Of a stretch of 64,000 nucleotides of DNA, positions 38,140 through 47,384 are shown piece by piece. The DNA is taken from NCBI GenBank assembly GCA_041665485.1, contig JBAYIT010000002.1:197867-261866 (forward strand), given 5' to 3'. Position 1 is the stretch's first letter; each line of letters begins with the position of its first letter. The position numbers and the translations under genes were made by a program. Origin of the DNA: Candidatus Shapirobacteria bacterium. Its GTDB lineage: Bacteria; Patescibacteriota; Microgenomatia; UBA12405. The notes under the pieces were generated by a model. The model saw only the letters and a list, made by a program, of their open reading frames with translations, ran no database searches and was not told the DNA's origin.

Positions 38140-39160
38140 TCGGCTCCCACCCCATGCCACTTTTGAAACCATCACTTTTGGTTGCCGGGTCAACGCCGCC
38201 GAATCCCACCAATTTTCCCAACTACTAATCGACAATGGTCTTTATCCCTGTTGTAATAATCCCAATCTGTTTATTATCAATACTTGTGCCATCACCCAAA
38301 AAGGGGAGTATGAATCTACTGCTAAAATCCGCCACCTTTTAGATCTTCACCCTCAATCTCTAATTATCGCCACCGGCTGTGCTTCTCTAAAGATCAAGCA
38401 TCCCCGTCTTTTTGTTTTATCCAACACCGAAAAAGAAGCTCTGCTTGATGCCCTCAATAGTTCCTATTCTCCAGAAATCACCGATAAATACACCCATAGT
38501 CACCGTTTTCTTCTCAAAATCCAGTCCGGTTGCACTGCCAATTGCTCCTATTGTGTCGTCCCCACCCGTCGTTCCTATCTCAAATCGTTACCTATCGATA
38601 AGGCCATCATTACGGTCAATAAGGCCGTCGAAAACGGCTATAAAGAAGTGATTATCACCGGCGTTAATCTGGCTCAATATACTCCTGGCCTTTCTAATCT
38701 GCTCGAAGCCCTCCTCACCCAAACCCAAATCCCTCTCATCTCTTTTGGCTCCCTCCCCCTCCTCTGCATAGACGACAAATTCTTATTTTTAATTAAAAAT
38801 TTCAAATTAAAAATTAAAAATTTTCTTCATATTCCCATTCAGTCCGGCTCCGACCGTATTCTCAAACTCATGTCCCGCCCCTATACTCAAAAAGATATTT
38901 TATTTAAAATTAAAAATTTAAAATTAAAAATTAAACATTTAAAACTTGGCACCGACATTATCATCGGTTTCCCCTCCGAAACCGAGGATGATCTTCAAGA
39001 AACCCTTAATTTGTGTAAATCTTTATCATTCACTAAAATCCACACCTTCCGTTTCTCCCCCCGCCCCGGCACCCCTGCCTGGGATCTCAACCAAAAATTC
39101 CCCGTCAAACCCTCCGACATCAACTCCCGCTCCCGCCTCCTCCGCAAATTAGTTTCGTAA
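38114..39160 (+). CDS. Radical-SAM methylthiotransferase (MiaB/RimO/MtaB family) with two AT-rich low-complexity insertions
   Basis: N-terminal MTTase domain (TFGCRVNAAES), radical-SAM CxxxCxxC (SGCTANCSYCVVP), C-terminal TRAM-like region. Confidence 0.65.
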   Translation: MNKLTRILNRLPPHATFETITFGCRVNAAESHQFSQLLIDNGLYPCCNNPNLFIINTCAITQKGEYESTAKIRHLLDLHPQSLIIATGCASLKIKHPRLFVLSNTEKEALLDALNSSYSPEITDKYTHSHRFLLKIQSGCTANCSYCVVPTRRSYLKSLPIDKAIITVNKAVENGYKEVIITGVNLAQYTPGLSNLLEALLTQTQIPLISFGSLPLLCIDDKFLFLIKNFKLKIKNFLHIPIQSGSDRILKLMSRPYTQKDILFKIKNLKLKIKHLKLGTDIIIGFPSETEDDLQETLNLCKSLSFTKIHTFRFSPRPGTPAWDLNQKFPVKPSDINSRSRLLRKLVS

Positions 39161-39209
39161 TTTTTTTCAAATTCTAGATTCGTACATTCGTATATTCGTA
39201 GATTCTTAA

Positions 39210-40298
39210 TTATCTCCCAAACCACACCTCCATCTCATCAAACACCGGGTAGCTAAACGACACTTCTTGGCCGGCGAAGCGCGCTTCTTTCCCCCACACA
39301 AACGCTCGATTAACATCCTCGCTCATTTGTCCCGATATTTTCCTCAACACCTCTTTTAACGTCTGTCCCCGTTTCATCACTAATGGCTCTTTTCTATCTC
39401 CTTCGCTCGTTCTCTCTCTTTTCAAATACACCCTCACCCGTCCTAATTTTTGCCACACCTTTTCCTTAAACTCTTCTATCCCTGTTCCCTTATCCGCACT
39501 GATATACACTCTATCTTTTGACATTGGAAATTTGGCATTAGAAATTTCGTCAATCTTAGTTACTACCTCCAGTAAGGGGATATATGTTCTCGATTTGGCC
39601 AAACCATCGATAAATCGGTCTATAGTTTCAATTTTTTCTTGTAGCTGTATCACTACATTTTCCAGCCCCATTTCTCGGGCCACTGTTTCCATCATCTCCA
39701 CCGGTAATACCCCAAAAGCATCCATAATTCGAATACTCCCCGCTCCACTTCGATCAACTTGCATTTTTGGTGGCCTTTGATTAAGCCTCACCCCTGCCTC
39801 CTCCATTTCCCTCCTAATCTTGTCAAGCCAGGCAATTCTCTTGATATCAATCATCAACACCACTAAATCCGAGGCTCTAATCACCGACAGCACCTTTTTT
39901 CCAAAACCCTTACCCGAGGCTGCCCCTTCAATAATTCCCGGTAAATCCAACATCTGAATTCTTATTCCCTTATATTCCATCATCCCCGGCACCACTCCTA
40001 AAGTCGTAAAATCATAGTTGCCGACTTTCGATTCAGCGTTAGTCACCGCATTAAGTAAAGTTGATTTCCCCACCGATGGTAAACCTACTAAAACCACCGA
40101 AGCATCGCCTGAATGCTTAATTGCATACCCGCCTCCGCCACCCCCTCCGCTGGCAATTTTAGCCTCCAACATGTCTCTTAATTTGGCCAACTTGGCCTTC
40201 AACACTCCATGATGAAATTGGCTACTTTTGTCATAAGGAGTGTCATGGATCTCCTTTTCCACCGCTATTATTTTGGCTGATATTTCCTCTTTAATCAT
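39210..40298 (-). CDS. DRG/Obg-like GTPase (OBG-HflX superfamily) with C-terminal TGS-like region
   Basis: G1 GLPSVGKST, G3 DLPG, glycine-rich stretch preceding the G domain. Confidence 0.7.
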   Translation of the reverse strand: MIKEEISAKIIAVEKEIHDTPYDKSSQFHHGVLKAKLAKLRDMLEAKIASGGGGGGGYAIKHSGDASVVLVGLPSVGKSTLLNAVTNAESKVGNYDFTTLGVVPGMMEYKGIRIQMLDLPGIIEGAASGKGFGKKVLSVIRASDLVVLMIDIKRIAWLDKIRREMEEAGVRLNQRPPKMQVDRSGAGSIRIMDAFGVLPVEMMETVAREMGLENVVIQLQEKIETIDRFIDGLAKSRTYIPLLEVVTKIDEISNAKFPMSKDRVYISADKGTGIEEFKEKVWQKLGRVRVYLKRERTSEGDRKEPLVMKRGQTLKEVLRKISGQMSEDVNRAFVWGKEARFAGQEVSFSYPVFDEMEVWFGR

Positions 40299-40331
40299 CT
40301 TTAAGGTAAAATCGTCAAGACTTATTATATT

Positions 40332-41717
40332 ATGAAAAAGCTTTTTCTTACTGTTTCCATTCTAGTTTCTTGTTTCATGTTTCTGGTTTCTAACATTTTT
40401 GCTAATAACAAAAATGTTTTTGGCCTTCATCTTACCCAAATTTCCGACGTTGACAAGGCTAAAAACATCATTAACAGTAGTGGTGGCGATTGGGGCTATG
40501 TCACTATCGTTCTTCCCTTAAACCAAATGGATAAAAATGCCTGGCAGGATTTTTTCAACAATTGCCGTTCCTCCCACCTTATTCCCATTGTTCGCTTAGC
40601 CACCATTATCGATAATGACGATTGGATTCAGCCATCCTTTTCTAATATCGACAACCAAGCTGACTTTTTGGCTTCTCTTAATTGGCCAACCTCTCAAAAA
40701 CATATCATTCTTTTTAATGAAATTAACCACGCCTCCGAATGGGGTGGGGGAGTCGATGTCAAGAAATACGTTGACTTGGCTCTTTACGCCATCGGTAAAT
40801 TCAAATCCCTTGACCCTAATTTCTTTATTATGGGAGCTGGGCTCGACCTGGCCGCCCCCAGCTCTCCCCCCAATTTTCTTTCTGCCAGTGATGTTTATAA
40901 TCAAATTTACCAATATAATCCAGACTATTTCAATCAAGTCGACGGATTGGCTTCCCACTCTTACCCTAATCATGGCTATGTTGGCACTCCCTCCGACACT
41001 GGCCAACACAGTATTAAAGGCTATCTTTGGGAACTAAAATTCCTCAAAAATCTCGGAGTTTCAAAAACTCTTCCTGTTTACATCACCGAAACCGGCTGGC
41101 CTCATCGGGAAGGGGTCGTTAAAAACAACTCTTTTTATTCGGTCACTACCAGCGCCAAGTTTCTCGAACAAGCTATAAGCTTCTGGTCCAAGGATCCGCA
41201 AGTTGTCGCCATAACTCCATTTATATTTAATTATCCTAATGAGCCTTTTGATCATTTTTCCTGGCTCGACCGCTCTGAATCTCTTTATCCACCGTATCAA
41301 AATTTAATATCTCTCCCTAAAACCGCCAACGCCCCCGTCCAAACCAATAGCTATAAAATCGGTAATTTTTTAATTCCACTTGTTCTCTTCCCTGATGTTG
41401 ACTATCGGGGCAAAATTATTCTCACCAACACCGGCCAGAGTATCTGGGGGGCAGGGGAAACAAAGTTTTGTCTTAAATCCATTTCCAGCTCCAATCTTTC
41501 CGTTACCAATCTCTGTGTCGACGACAATCTAATTCCTCCTCAAAAAAGCACCGAAATTGTTTTTAACTTTAAGATTGTCGACCCCAAAGCCCACTCCTTC
41601 CTCCAATGGGAAAATACTCCCCAATACCCCATTGAAGCTTTTTATACCAACGCCACCATCTATCATCCTCAATACTCTCTCTGGCAATCCCTCAAAATGC
41701 TTTTTACTCGAATTTAA
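40332..41717 (+). CDS. Secreted glycoside hydrolase (clan GH-A, GH5-like)
   Basis: Signal peptide; catalytic-type motifs FNEINHASEW (acid/base NE) and VYITETGWPH (nucleophile). Confidence 0.55.
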   Translation: MKKLFLTVSILVSCFMFLVSNIFANNKNVFGLHLTQISDVDKAKNIINSSGGDWGYVTIVLPLNQMDKNAWQDFFNNCRSSHLIPIVRLATIIDNDDWIQPSFSNIDNQADFLASLNWPTSQKHIILFNEINHASEWGGGVDVKKYVDLALYAIGKFKSLDPNFFIMGAGLDLAAPSSPPNFLSASDVYNQIYQYNPDYFNQVDGLASHSYPNHGYVGTPSDTGQHSIKGYLWELKFLKNLGVSKTLPVYITETGWPHREGVVKNNSFYSVTTSAKFLEQAISFWSKDPQVVAITPFIFNYPNEPFDHFSWLDRSESLYPPYQNLISLPKTANAPVQTNSYKIGNFLIPLVLFPDVDYRGKIILTNTGQSIWGAGETKFCLKSISSSNLSVTNLCVDDNLIPPQKSTEIVFNFKIVDPKAHSFLQWENTPQYPIEAFYTNATIYHPQYSLWQSLKMLFTRI

Positions 41718-42049
41718 CCCTTATTAACCCACACCCGCTTCTTATTTATTTCTTCTTTCTCCCGAAAAACCTCTTCCAAGTCGATGTTAAATCGATTACA
41801 AATACATAACAAATAGAAAAATACATCAGCAACTTCGTGTTCAAGTAAAAATTTCTCCGACTTATTATCAATCTTTATATTTTGAGTCTTTCTTGCCGCC
41901 TTAGCCATTTCCCCACATTCTTCAAGAAAAAGCATAAAAATCTCAGGAACAGTTTCTTTATCGAAACCACGTTGCTTAACCATTTTTCCAACATACTTCT
42001 GAAAATCTTGAAGGGTTGGCCTTTTCTTAAAAATAAGACTATGTTGCAT
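41714..42049 (-). CDS. MazG-like nucleotide pyrophosphohydrolase
   Basis: EECGEMAKAARK and EHEVADVFFYLLCICNRFNIDLEE motifs; start set at ATG 42049 because the longer track ORF runs into tRNA-Lys. Confidence 0.55.
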   Translation of the reverse strand: MQHSLIFKKRPTLQDFQKYVGKMVKQRGFDKETVPEIFMLFLEECGEMAKAARKTQNIKIDNKSEKFLLEHEVADVFFYLLCICNRFNIDLEEVFREKEEINKKRVWVNKG

Positions 42050-42057
42050 ATTATTAG

Positions 42058-42130
42058 TGGGTTGCGCGAGACTCGAACTCGCGACCGATCGCTTAAGAGG
42101 CGATTGCTCTACCAACTGAGCTAGCAACCC
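42058..42130 (-). tRNA. tRNA-Lys (anticodon CTT)
   Basis: Acceptor gggttgc/gcaaccc, anticodon stem atcgc/gcgat with loop ctCTTaa. Confidence 0.75.
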
Positions 42131-42131
42131 G

Positions 42132-42203
42132 TACGCCTAGGAGGAATTGAACCTCCATCACTAGTTCCGAAGACTAGTACTCTATCCATTGAGCTATAGG
42201 CGC
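42132..42203 (-). tRNA. tRNA-Arg (anticodon TCG)
   Basis: D-arm gctcaatggatagagt, anticodon stem ctagt/actag with loop ctTCGga, T-arm ggaggttcaattcctcc. Confidence 0.65.
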
Positions 42204-42204
42204 G

Positions 42205-42278
42205 TATCCCCAGCAGGAATCGGACCTGCGACCTCTTCCTTAGAAGGGAAGCGCTCTATCCAACTGAGCTATGGGGAC
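42205..42278 (-). tRNA. tRNA-Arg (anticodon TCT)
   Basis: D-arm gctcagttggatagagc, anticodon stem cttcc/ggaag with loop ctTCTaa, T-arm gcaggtccgattcctgc. Confidence 0.7.
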
Positions 42279-42326
42279 AAGACAGCTTATTGTAGCAAAA
42301 TATTGATAAAATAGGCTTACACACGA

Positions 42327-42408
42327 GCCGCAGTGGTGAAATTGGTATACACGTACGCTTTAGGAGCGTATGCCGAAAGGCGTGGAGGTTCAAGTCCTCT
42401 CTGCGGCA
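42327..42408 (+). tRNA. tRNA-Leu (anticodon TAG), long variable arm
   Basis: Acceptor gccgcag/ctgcggc, anticodon stem tacgc/gcgta with loop ttTAGga. Confidence 0.7.
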
Positions 42409-42429
42409 CATTTCTGCTACACTATTCTT

Positions 42430-43257
42430 ATGCTCTGGTTAATCCTCTTAACCTTCTTTTGTCACCCGGTGGTTTTTGCCCAGAATATCCCCAGCCCCCT
42501 CGTCACCCAAGATCTAGGATCTACCATCCAAGAACCAATCCCCACACCAACCCCAAACATCCTCCTCCAATATCAAACCGACTATCTATATCAGCGCGAT
42601 CTTTACCAGCAAGCCTACCTCACCTACATCAATAAGCGCCAAGTTCACACCAAATATCAAAGTCTAACTACTCAAAAAGACAAGCTCGAAGCCACTAAAA
42701 ACGCCCTTTTGGCTAGAAACAATCTTCTCAAAAGTTATCTTCTGGCCCTCCGTGTTAGCCTTGACCCCTACAAAACTCAGAACCCCACTGAAACCGAGAA
42801 AAATCAAATTGAAATCAGTAAATGGGAAACTTATTTTGACGAACAGAACTCGATTGTCTCCGCTCTTAATAACGAAGCAGACATCAGCCGTTGGGCCAAT
42901 GATTTCAAAACTAAATACATCTCCATCCAGCAGGTTATTTACGCCGCCCTAGTCCGCCAAGAGGTCAATCAAAAAAGTTCCATCATTGCCGATATCGAAA
43001 CCCTGGCCACCACTATTCAATCAAACCCCAACCTCAAACCCGAAGGTCAAAACTGGTTTAGCAACCTCCCCATTAAAATAGATTTAGTCAAAACCGCCAC
43101 CAATGACGCTTTTAATCAAAGCCAACGCCAACAAAATCAAAACAACTTTATTAATTTCTACCCCAGCGCCAAAGTTGAGCTAAATAAAGCCACCGGCTAT
43201 CTTACCGAAATCAACGACAACCTTAAATCAATCGTCATTAAATTTTGGCAAAAATAA
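42430..43257 (+). CDS. Hypothetical secreted protein (signal peptide), Q/N-rich
   Basis: Start placed at MLWLILLTFFCHPVVFA downstream of the tRNA; the longer track ORFs begin inside tRNA-Leu. Confidence 0.45.
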   Translation: MLWLILLTFFCHPVVFAQNIPSPLVTQDLGSTIQEPIPTPTPNILLQYQTDYLYQRDLYQQAYLTYINKRQVHTKYQSLTTQKDKLEATKNALLARNNLLKSYLLALRVSLDPYKTQNPTETEKNQIEISKWETYFDEQNSIVSALNNEADISRWANDFKTKYISIQQVIYAALVRQEVNQKSSIIADIETLATTIQSNPNLKPEGQNWFSNLPIKIDLVKTATNDAFNQSQRQQNQNNFINFYPSAKVELNKATGYLTEINDNLKSIVIKFWQK

Positions 43258-43629
43258 ATGGACACCTACCAAAACCCCCTCTATACTTCCTCTACTCCAA
43301 TTAAAACCACTGAAGTTGGTTCTCAAACTCCGATTAAATCAAAGTTTAATCTTCCTAAAGACCGAAAAATTATCGCCATTATCGGCCTTTTTGGTTTTAC
43401 TTTAATTCTTCTTCTTATTAGTACTATTGTCAGTGCTGGCAAAAAAACAAAAGTCACTGTCAACCAAGTTACTCCAACTCCGATTCCTTCAATTATCCTC
43501 CCGACTCCTAACTTTCAGCTTATTCCCGAAACGCTCAAGCCATCGTTTGATTCAATTGATCAAAAAATCAAAAACCCGGGCAACTTTCTACCTATCCACC
43601 AAATCGACCCAGACATCGGCCTAAACTAA
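43258..43629 (+). CDS. Hypothetical small membrane protein
   Basis: One TM helix (IIAIIGLFGFTLILLLISTIV); adjacent to the previous ORF. Confidence 0.35.
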   Translation: MDTYQNPLYTSSTPIKTTEVGSQTPIKSKFNLPKDRKIIAIIGLFGFTLILLLISTIVSAGKKTKVTVNQVTPTPIPSIILPTPNFQLIPETLKPSFDSIDQKIKNPGNFLPIHQIDPDIGLN

Positions 43630-43657
43630 GATCTAGGATCTAAGAACTAAGATCTAA

Positions 43658-44221
43658 TTACTTCCTCGACAAATATGCTCCTGTTTCCGTACTTATTGAA
43701 ATGTCATCTCCCAACTTCACAAATAATGGCACTTGAATTTTCGCTCCCGTGTCCACTACCGCCGTTTTCATGGCATTGGTCGCTGTATCTCCCTTAACTG
43801 AATTCTCCGTATCCACCACCTTGCAAATAATACTCTTTGGCAAAGTCAATCCTACTGGTTTCTCTTCATAAAACTTAATTCGGTAAAGAAGACCTTCTTT
43901 CAAATAAACCTTATCATCTCCCACAATTTCGGATGGCACCGGGTATTGCTCAAAAGTTCTTGGCTCAATAAAAACATAATTACTACCGTCAAAATACGAA
44001 TATTCTGCTTCATGTGTTTCCACCATCACTTCTTCAACTTTTTCTCCCGATTTGTAGGTATATTCCACCACCCTCCCTGTAAACAATGATTTTAATTTCG
44101 TTCTATAAAATGCCGACCCCTTTCCCGGAGACACAAAGCCAATGTCCACCACAATATGTGGCTCATCATGAAAAATAATATAAATGCCTTTTTTGAATTG
44201 CGCCGTGCTTATCATTCCCAT
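43658..44221 (-). CDS. efp: Elongation factor P
   Basis: 187 aa; KGSAFYRTKLKSLFTG and KOW-like N-terminus typical of EF-P. Confidence 0.8.
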   Translation of the reverse strand: MGMISTAQFKKGIYIIFHDEPHIVVDIGFVSPGKGSAFYRTKLKSLFTGRVVEYTYKSGEKVEEVMVETHEAEYSYFDGSNYVFIEPRTFEQYPVPSEIVGDDKVYLKEGLLYRIKFYEEKPVGLTLPKSIICKVVDTENSVKGDTATNAMKTAVVDTGAKIQVPLFVKLGDDISISTETGAYLSRK

Positions 44222-44260
44222 AAGGCCTATTTTACCTCAACCGCCACCAATTTCCCACCC

Positions 44261-44677
44261 CTATTTTTTCAATCCCTCTAATCTCCCTTTGACAAGGGAG
44301 ACTTCTAAAACATTTTTTATATGAGCAGGATCATTTAACACTTCACCATTTGTAAATCTAATTGTTTTAATTCCAATTTGTTCTAAAAACTTATCTCGCT
44401 TGCGGTCATATTCTATTTTTTTAATATGAGAACCACCGTCAATTTCGATGGCTAAATTTAACTCTGAACAGTAAAAGTCAACTATAAATCTATGGATTGG
44501 TTTCTGGCGCAAAAATCTGAACCCTGTCTTATTCCTAGCCAAATAATCAACCCACATTTTACGTTCTGCCTCAGTTGGATTGTTCCTATTTTTCTTTGCC
44601 ACAAAAGCCAACTGACTCAAATATCTCACACATCCTCTCTCCGAATGTATCGCCTCCGATTCAATTTTCTTTCTCAC
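44261..44677 (-). CDS. DUF559 / Vsr-like endonuclease-domain protein
   Basis: RQKPIHRFIVDFYCSELNLAIEIDGGSH...IRFTNGEV matches the DUF559 pattern. Confidence 0.6.
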   Translation of the reverse strand: MRKKIESEAIHSERGCVRYLSQLAFVAKKNRNNPTEAERKMWVDYLARNKTGFRFLRQKPIHRFIVDFYCSELNLAIEIDGGSHIKKIEYDRKRDKFLEQIGIKTIRFTNGEVLNDPAHIKNVLEVSLVKGRLEGLKK

Positions 44678-44699
44678 AACACAATTGTATTCATATTAT

Positions 44700-44857
44700 C
44701 CCCCTCCTTGTCAAAGGGGGGGGTAGGGGGGAAGATTGAACACAAACTTGTCAAAGTTTATCCACCAATGGTGAAGAGGGGGTAGGGGGGAAGATTGAAC
44801 ACAAACTTGTCAAAGTTTATCCACCAATGGTGGAGAGGGGGTAGGGGAAAGGGTTTA
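44700..44857. repeat. G-rich dispersed repeat element: palindrome ccccctccttgtcaaagggggg plus two tandem roughly 57-bp units (gggggtaggggggaagattgaacacaaacttgtcaaagtttatccaccaatggtg) and a partial third
   Basis: Direct reading; related copy at 54786..54920. Confidence 0.7.
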
Positions 44858-44966
44858 GGCCAAAAAAAATCCCAGAGCGTGCTTTTAGAGGAGCCACCCC
44901 GGGATCTAAGGAGTCACTATAGCACTATCTACTACAACTGTCAACTACCCAATTGTTACACATCAC

Positions 44967-45578
44967 CTAAAAATCTCCCGTACTCAATTGTCCAATGAAT
45001 TTACTTACTCCAAACGCCCAAGATCCATTAGAGCTCGGGCAATATTTTTTCATAATCAACTCCGGCGTATTAAGGCCCTTATCGAAATATTGCTTCTTTA
45101 AATATTCGGCATAACTATTCAACGCTAGCTCATAATTATCAAAGCCCAATGTCCCCTTACTATGAATTCCATAACCCCAGCAATTGTGGGAACCATCAGG
45201 AATCTTCTTACACAAATTCGACTCTTGTTGAGCAATCGCCACCATCCAGTAAAAATCAAACTGATATCTGTCCGATAACTCCACTATCATTTCTGCATAA
45301 GGCAATAGGGGGGAATTATATTTTTTCAAATACCGTCTGACTATCTCTGCCCTGGCATCTTTGCCTCTAATGTCACTTTTAACCTCAACTTCACTATTTT
45401 CCGTTTCCATTGCTCTGGCCACTTCCACCGGTTGTGATGGCTCTTGCCACCCCAGCCAACCAAGTTCTACTGATTCTACTTTTTTTGGTCCAATCAAGCT
45501 CATTGCCTCCCAATACATCAGGCCACCACCACCCAAAACCACCATTATGACAAAGAAAATTCTCGCAATAAATCTCAC
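44967..45578 (-). CDS. Membrane-anchored lytic transglycosylase/lysozyme-like protein
   Basis: N-terminal TM; MVAIAQQESNL resembles the SLT active-site region. Confidence 0.45.
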   Translation of the reverse strand: MRFIARIFFVIMVVLGGGGLMYWEAMSLIGPKKVESVELGWLGWQEPSQPVEVARAMETENSEVEVKSDIRGKDARAEIVRRYLKKYNSPLLPYAEMIVELSDRYQFDFYWMVAIAQQESNLCKKIPDGSHNCWGYGIHSKGTLGFDNYELALNSYAEYLKKQYFDKGLNTPELIMKKYCPSSNGSWAFGVSKFIGQLSTGDF

Positions 45579-45606
45579 CTTGTATCTATGGTATCATAAC
45601 CACCAA

Positions 45607-46362
45607 ATGATGTCAGCCCCACTTAAATTGAAACTTGATCCCGATCAAAAATTTACTTTAACTGGCGAAATTAAGGCCGAAGATGTTCGCTCTGCCTATC
45701 AAAAAAACCTCGTTCATCATCAGCAACATTTAAAACTTGATGGTTTCCGCCCCGGCAAAGTTCCCCTAAATCTCGTCACTCAAAACACCGATCCCCAAGA
45801 ATTACTTGAAGAAACTATTAACGAATCGGTTTCTCAAATTTACCAATTATCTTTAGACCACCATCAATTAAAACCTATTATCCCGCCCCAGGTTAGCTTT
45901 CTCTCCACCAAATTCGAACTCGACAAAGACTGGCCACTTGAAATAACCTCCTGTCTTGTTCCCAAGATAGAGCTCAAGCCCACCCTCTATTCTCTAATTG
46001 CCAAACTCGACTCGAAATTAGAATTAAAGGCCAAAACAGAAAAAGTAATTTCACTTTTAGAAAAGTCCACCAAAATCACTGTTCCTCAAATTCTTCTTGA
46101 TTATGAATTTTCTCGACAAAAGCCAGATTCAAAAAAACCAACTCCCCAAGACAAGGCTGAGTTTGAGGCTAAACTAACCAATGAATGGGCTGTCAATTTG
46201 GCCATCAATCAAATCGCCACAAACGAAAAGATTAGTGTTTCTCCAGAAGAGATGAAAGCTGTCATTTCTCAAAACCCTTCTTTGTCCCAAAATCCAAATC
46301 TTGTTTATTACCTTCTCTTGCAACAGAAAGCTATCGACTTTCTCCTGGCTAAAATCAGCTAA
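45607..46362 (+). CDS. tig: Trigger factor-like chaperone (short form)
   Basis: LDGFRPGKVPLNLV matches the trigger factor N-terminal ribosome-binding signature region; start moved to ATG 45607 to avoid overlap with the opposing gene. Confidence 0.5.
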   Translation: MMSAPLKLKLDPDQKFTLTGEIKAEDVRSAYQKNLVHHQQHLKLDGFRPGKVPLNLVTQNTDPQELLEETINESVSQIYQLSLDHHQLKPIIPPQVSFLSTKFELDKDWPLEITSCLVPKIELKPTLYSLIAKLDSKLELKAKTEKVISLLEKSTKITVPQILLDYEFSRQKPDSKKPTPQDKAEFEAKLTNEWAVNLAINQIATNEKISVSPEEMKAVISQNPSLSQNPNLVYYLLLQQKAIDFLLAKIS

Positions 46363-46364
46363 GT

Positions 46365-46967
46365 TTGCTAGAATCATTGCCAATGGCAGGTGGTTTTGCT
46401 GTAAAGCTAGACCCCAATAAGGTCAAAAACCTTCGTAATGGTTTAAGTGGCGAGTTCGACTCGAAAACTTACTCGTCTCAAAATTCTCCCGACACTCCCA
46501 AATTTTCTCTCCGTGGTATCCTCGGTCTTGGTCAGTCAGTAGAAATTAGCCATTCTCCTAAAACCAATTGGGGGGAAAAGCTTTATTTTGGAGGCAATCA
46601 TCTTGATGTTGAAATTCAGCGCCTCCGCGACAACCAAAAAGAAGATCTGGAAAAAGTCATCAAACAGCTTCAGGAAGAAATAAAACTTATGAAAACCGCC
46701 CTAGGCACCATGGAAAAAGTTGGCGACGAGATTGTTCTCCAGCCTATTTCTGAAATTAGCGAATATCAGCTTAATTTTATTTCCCGTATCAGAAACTTTC
46801 TCTCATCTCTCCGCCAAAACATCAATCAGGCCACTATTTGGATGGAAACTTTCAACCGTAAAAAGAAAAAGAAAAATTATTTTTGGTCAACCGCCAAGGA
46901 CAAGAAAAAAGGTGGCCAACAATATATGTTTAGCAATGAGCACTCCGCCGCCCGTTCCGGTACCTAA
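46365..46967 (+). CDS. Hypothetical coiled-coil protein
   Basis: ORF immediately downstream of the tig-like gene; no motif recognised. Confidence 0.35.
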   Translation: MLESLPMAGGFAVKLDPNKVKNLRNGLSGEFDSKTYSSQNSPDTPKFSLRGILGLGQSVEISHSPKTNWGEKLYFGGNHLDVEIQRLRDNQKEDLEKVIKQLQEEIKLMKTALGTMEKVGDEIVLQPISEISEYQLNFISRIRNFLSSLRQNINQATIWMETFNRKKKKKNYFWSTAKDKKKGGQQYMFSNEHSAARSGT

Positions 46968-46991
46968 AAGTTTTGCTATAATCCCTTTGTT

Positions 46992-47067
46992 GACCGCTTA
47001 GCTCAGTTGGCTAGAGCATTCCGTTGACATCGGAAAGGTCGGTGGTCCGAGTCCACTAGCGGTCACA
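46992..47067 (+). tRNA. tRNA-Val (anticodon GAC), CCA encoded
   Basis: Acceptor gaccgct/agcggtc, anticodon stem ttccg/cggaa with loop ttGACat; extended -10 tgctataat 17 nt upstream. Confidence 0.8.
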
Positions 47068-47236
47068 AGAAGGCAAAGTCGAAGGGGAGTTTATCCGCCT
47101 TTGGCGGAATCCCTTCCAGACTCACAAGTTTAATGTTATAATCTCTCAATGTACTCAAAAGTTTTAGTCACTACTACCACTACCAACTCCCTTTTCGGGG
47201 GATGTGTTAGTGGCTAAAACCAAAATTTTAACCTTT

Positions 47237-47270
47237 AAGACGCCTCCCGAAAAACGGGAGGTTTTTTATT
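47237..47270 (+). terminator. Intrinsic terminator/attenuator in the thrS leader (cctcccg aaaaa cgggagg tttttt)
   Basis: Perfect 7-bp GC-rich stem, 5-nt loop, T6 run, about 115 nt upstream of the thrS ATG. Confidence 0.55.
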
Positions 47271-47384
47271 CGTTTCTTTAGGTGGAATTTTGGACTAAAA
47301 GGACAAAATTCTCCTAAAGACACAATCCCGATGGTGCGAAGCATAATATCGGGATTAGTTATTATTTTTTGTTAAAATACAACT

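Noticed and set aside
41714-42635. Long N-terminal extensions of ORFs 41714..42127, 42333..42635 and 42370..43257, plus ORF 34893..35171
   Set aside because: These extensions translate through tRNA genes (Lys, Leu, Gly). Starts were moved to the first Met downstream of the tRNA, or the ORF was dropped.
47068-47384. Canonical T-box riboswitch upstream of thrS
   Set aside because: The conserved T-box sequence (AAUUAGGGUGGNACCGCG) is not present by eye. Only generic attenuator-like features are seen.
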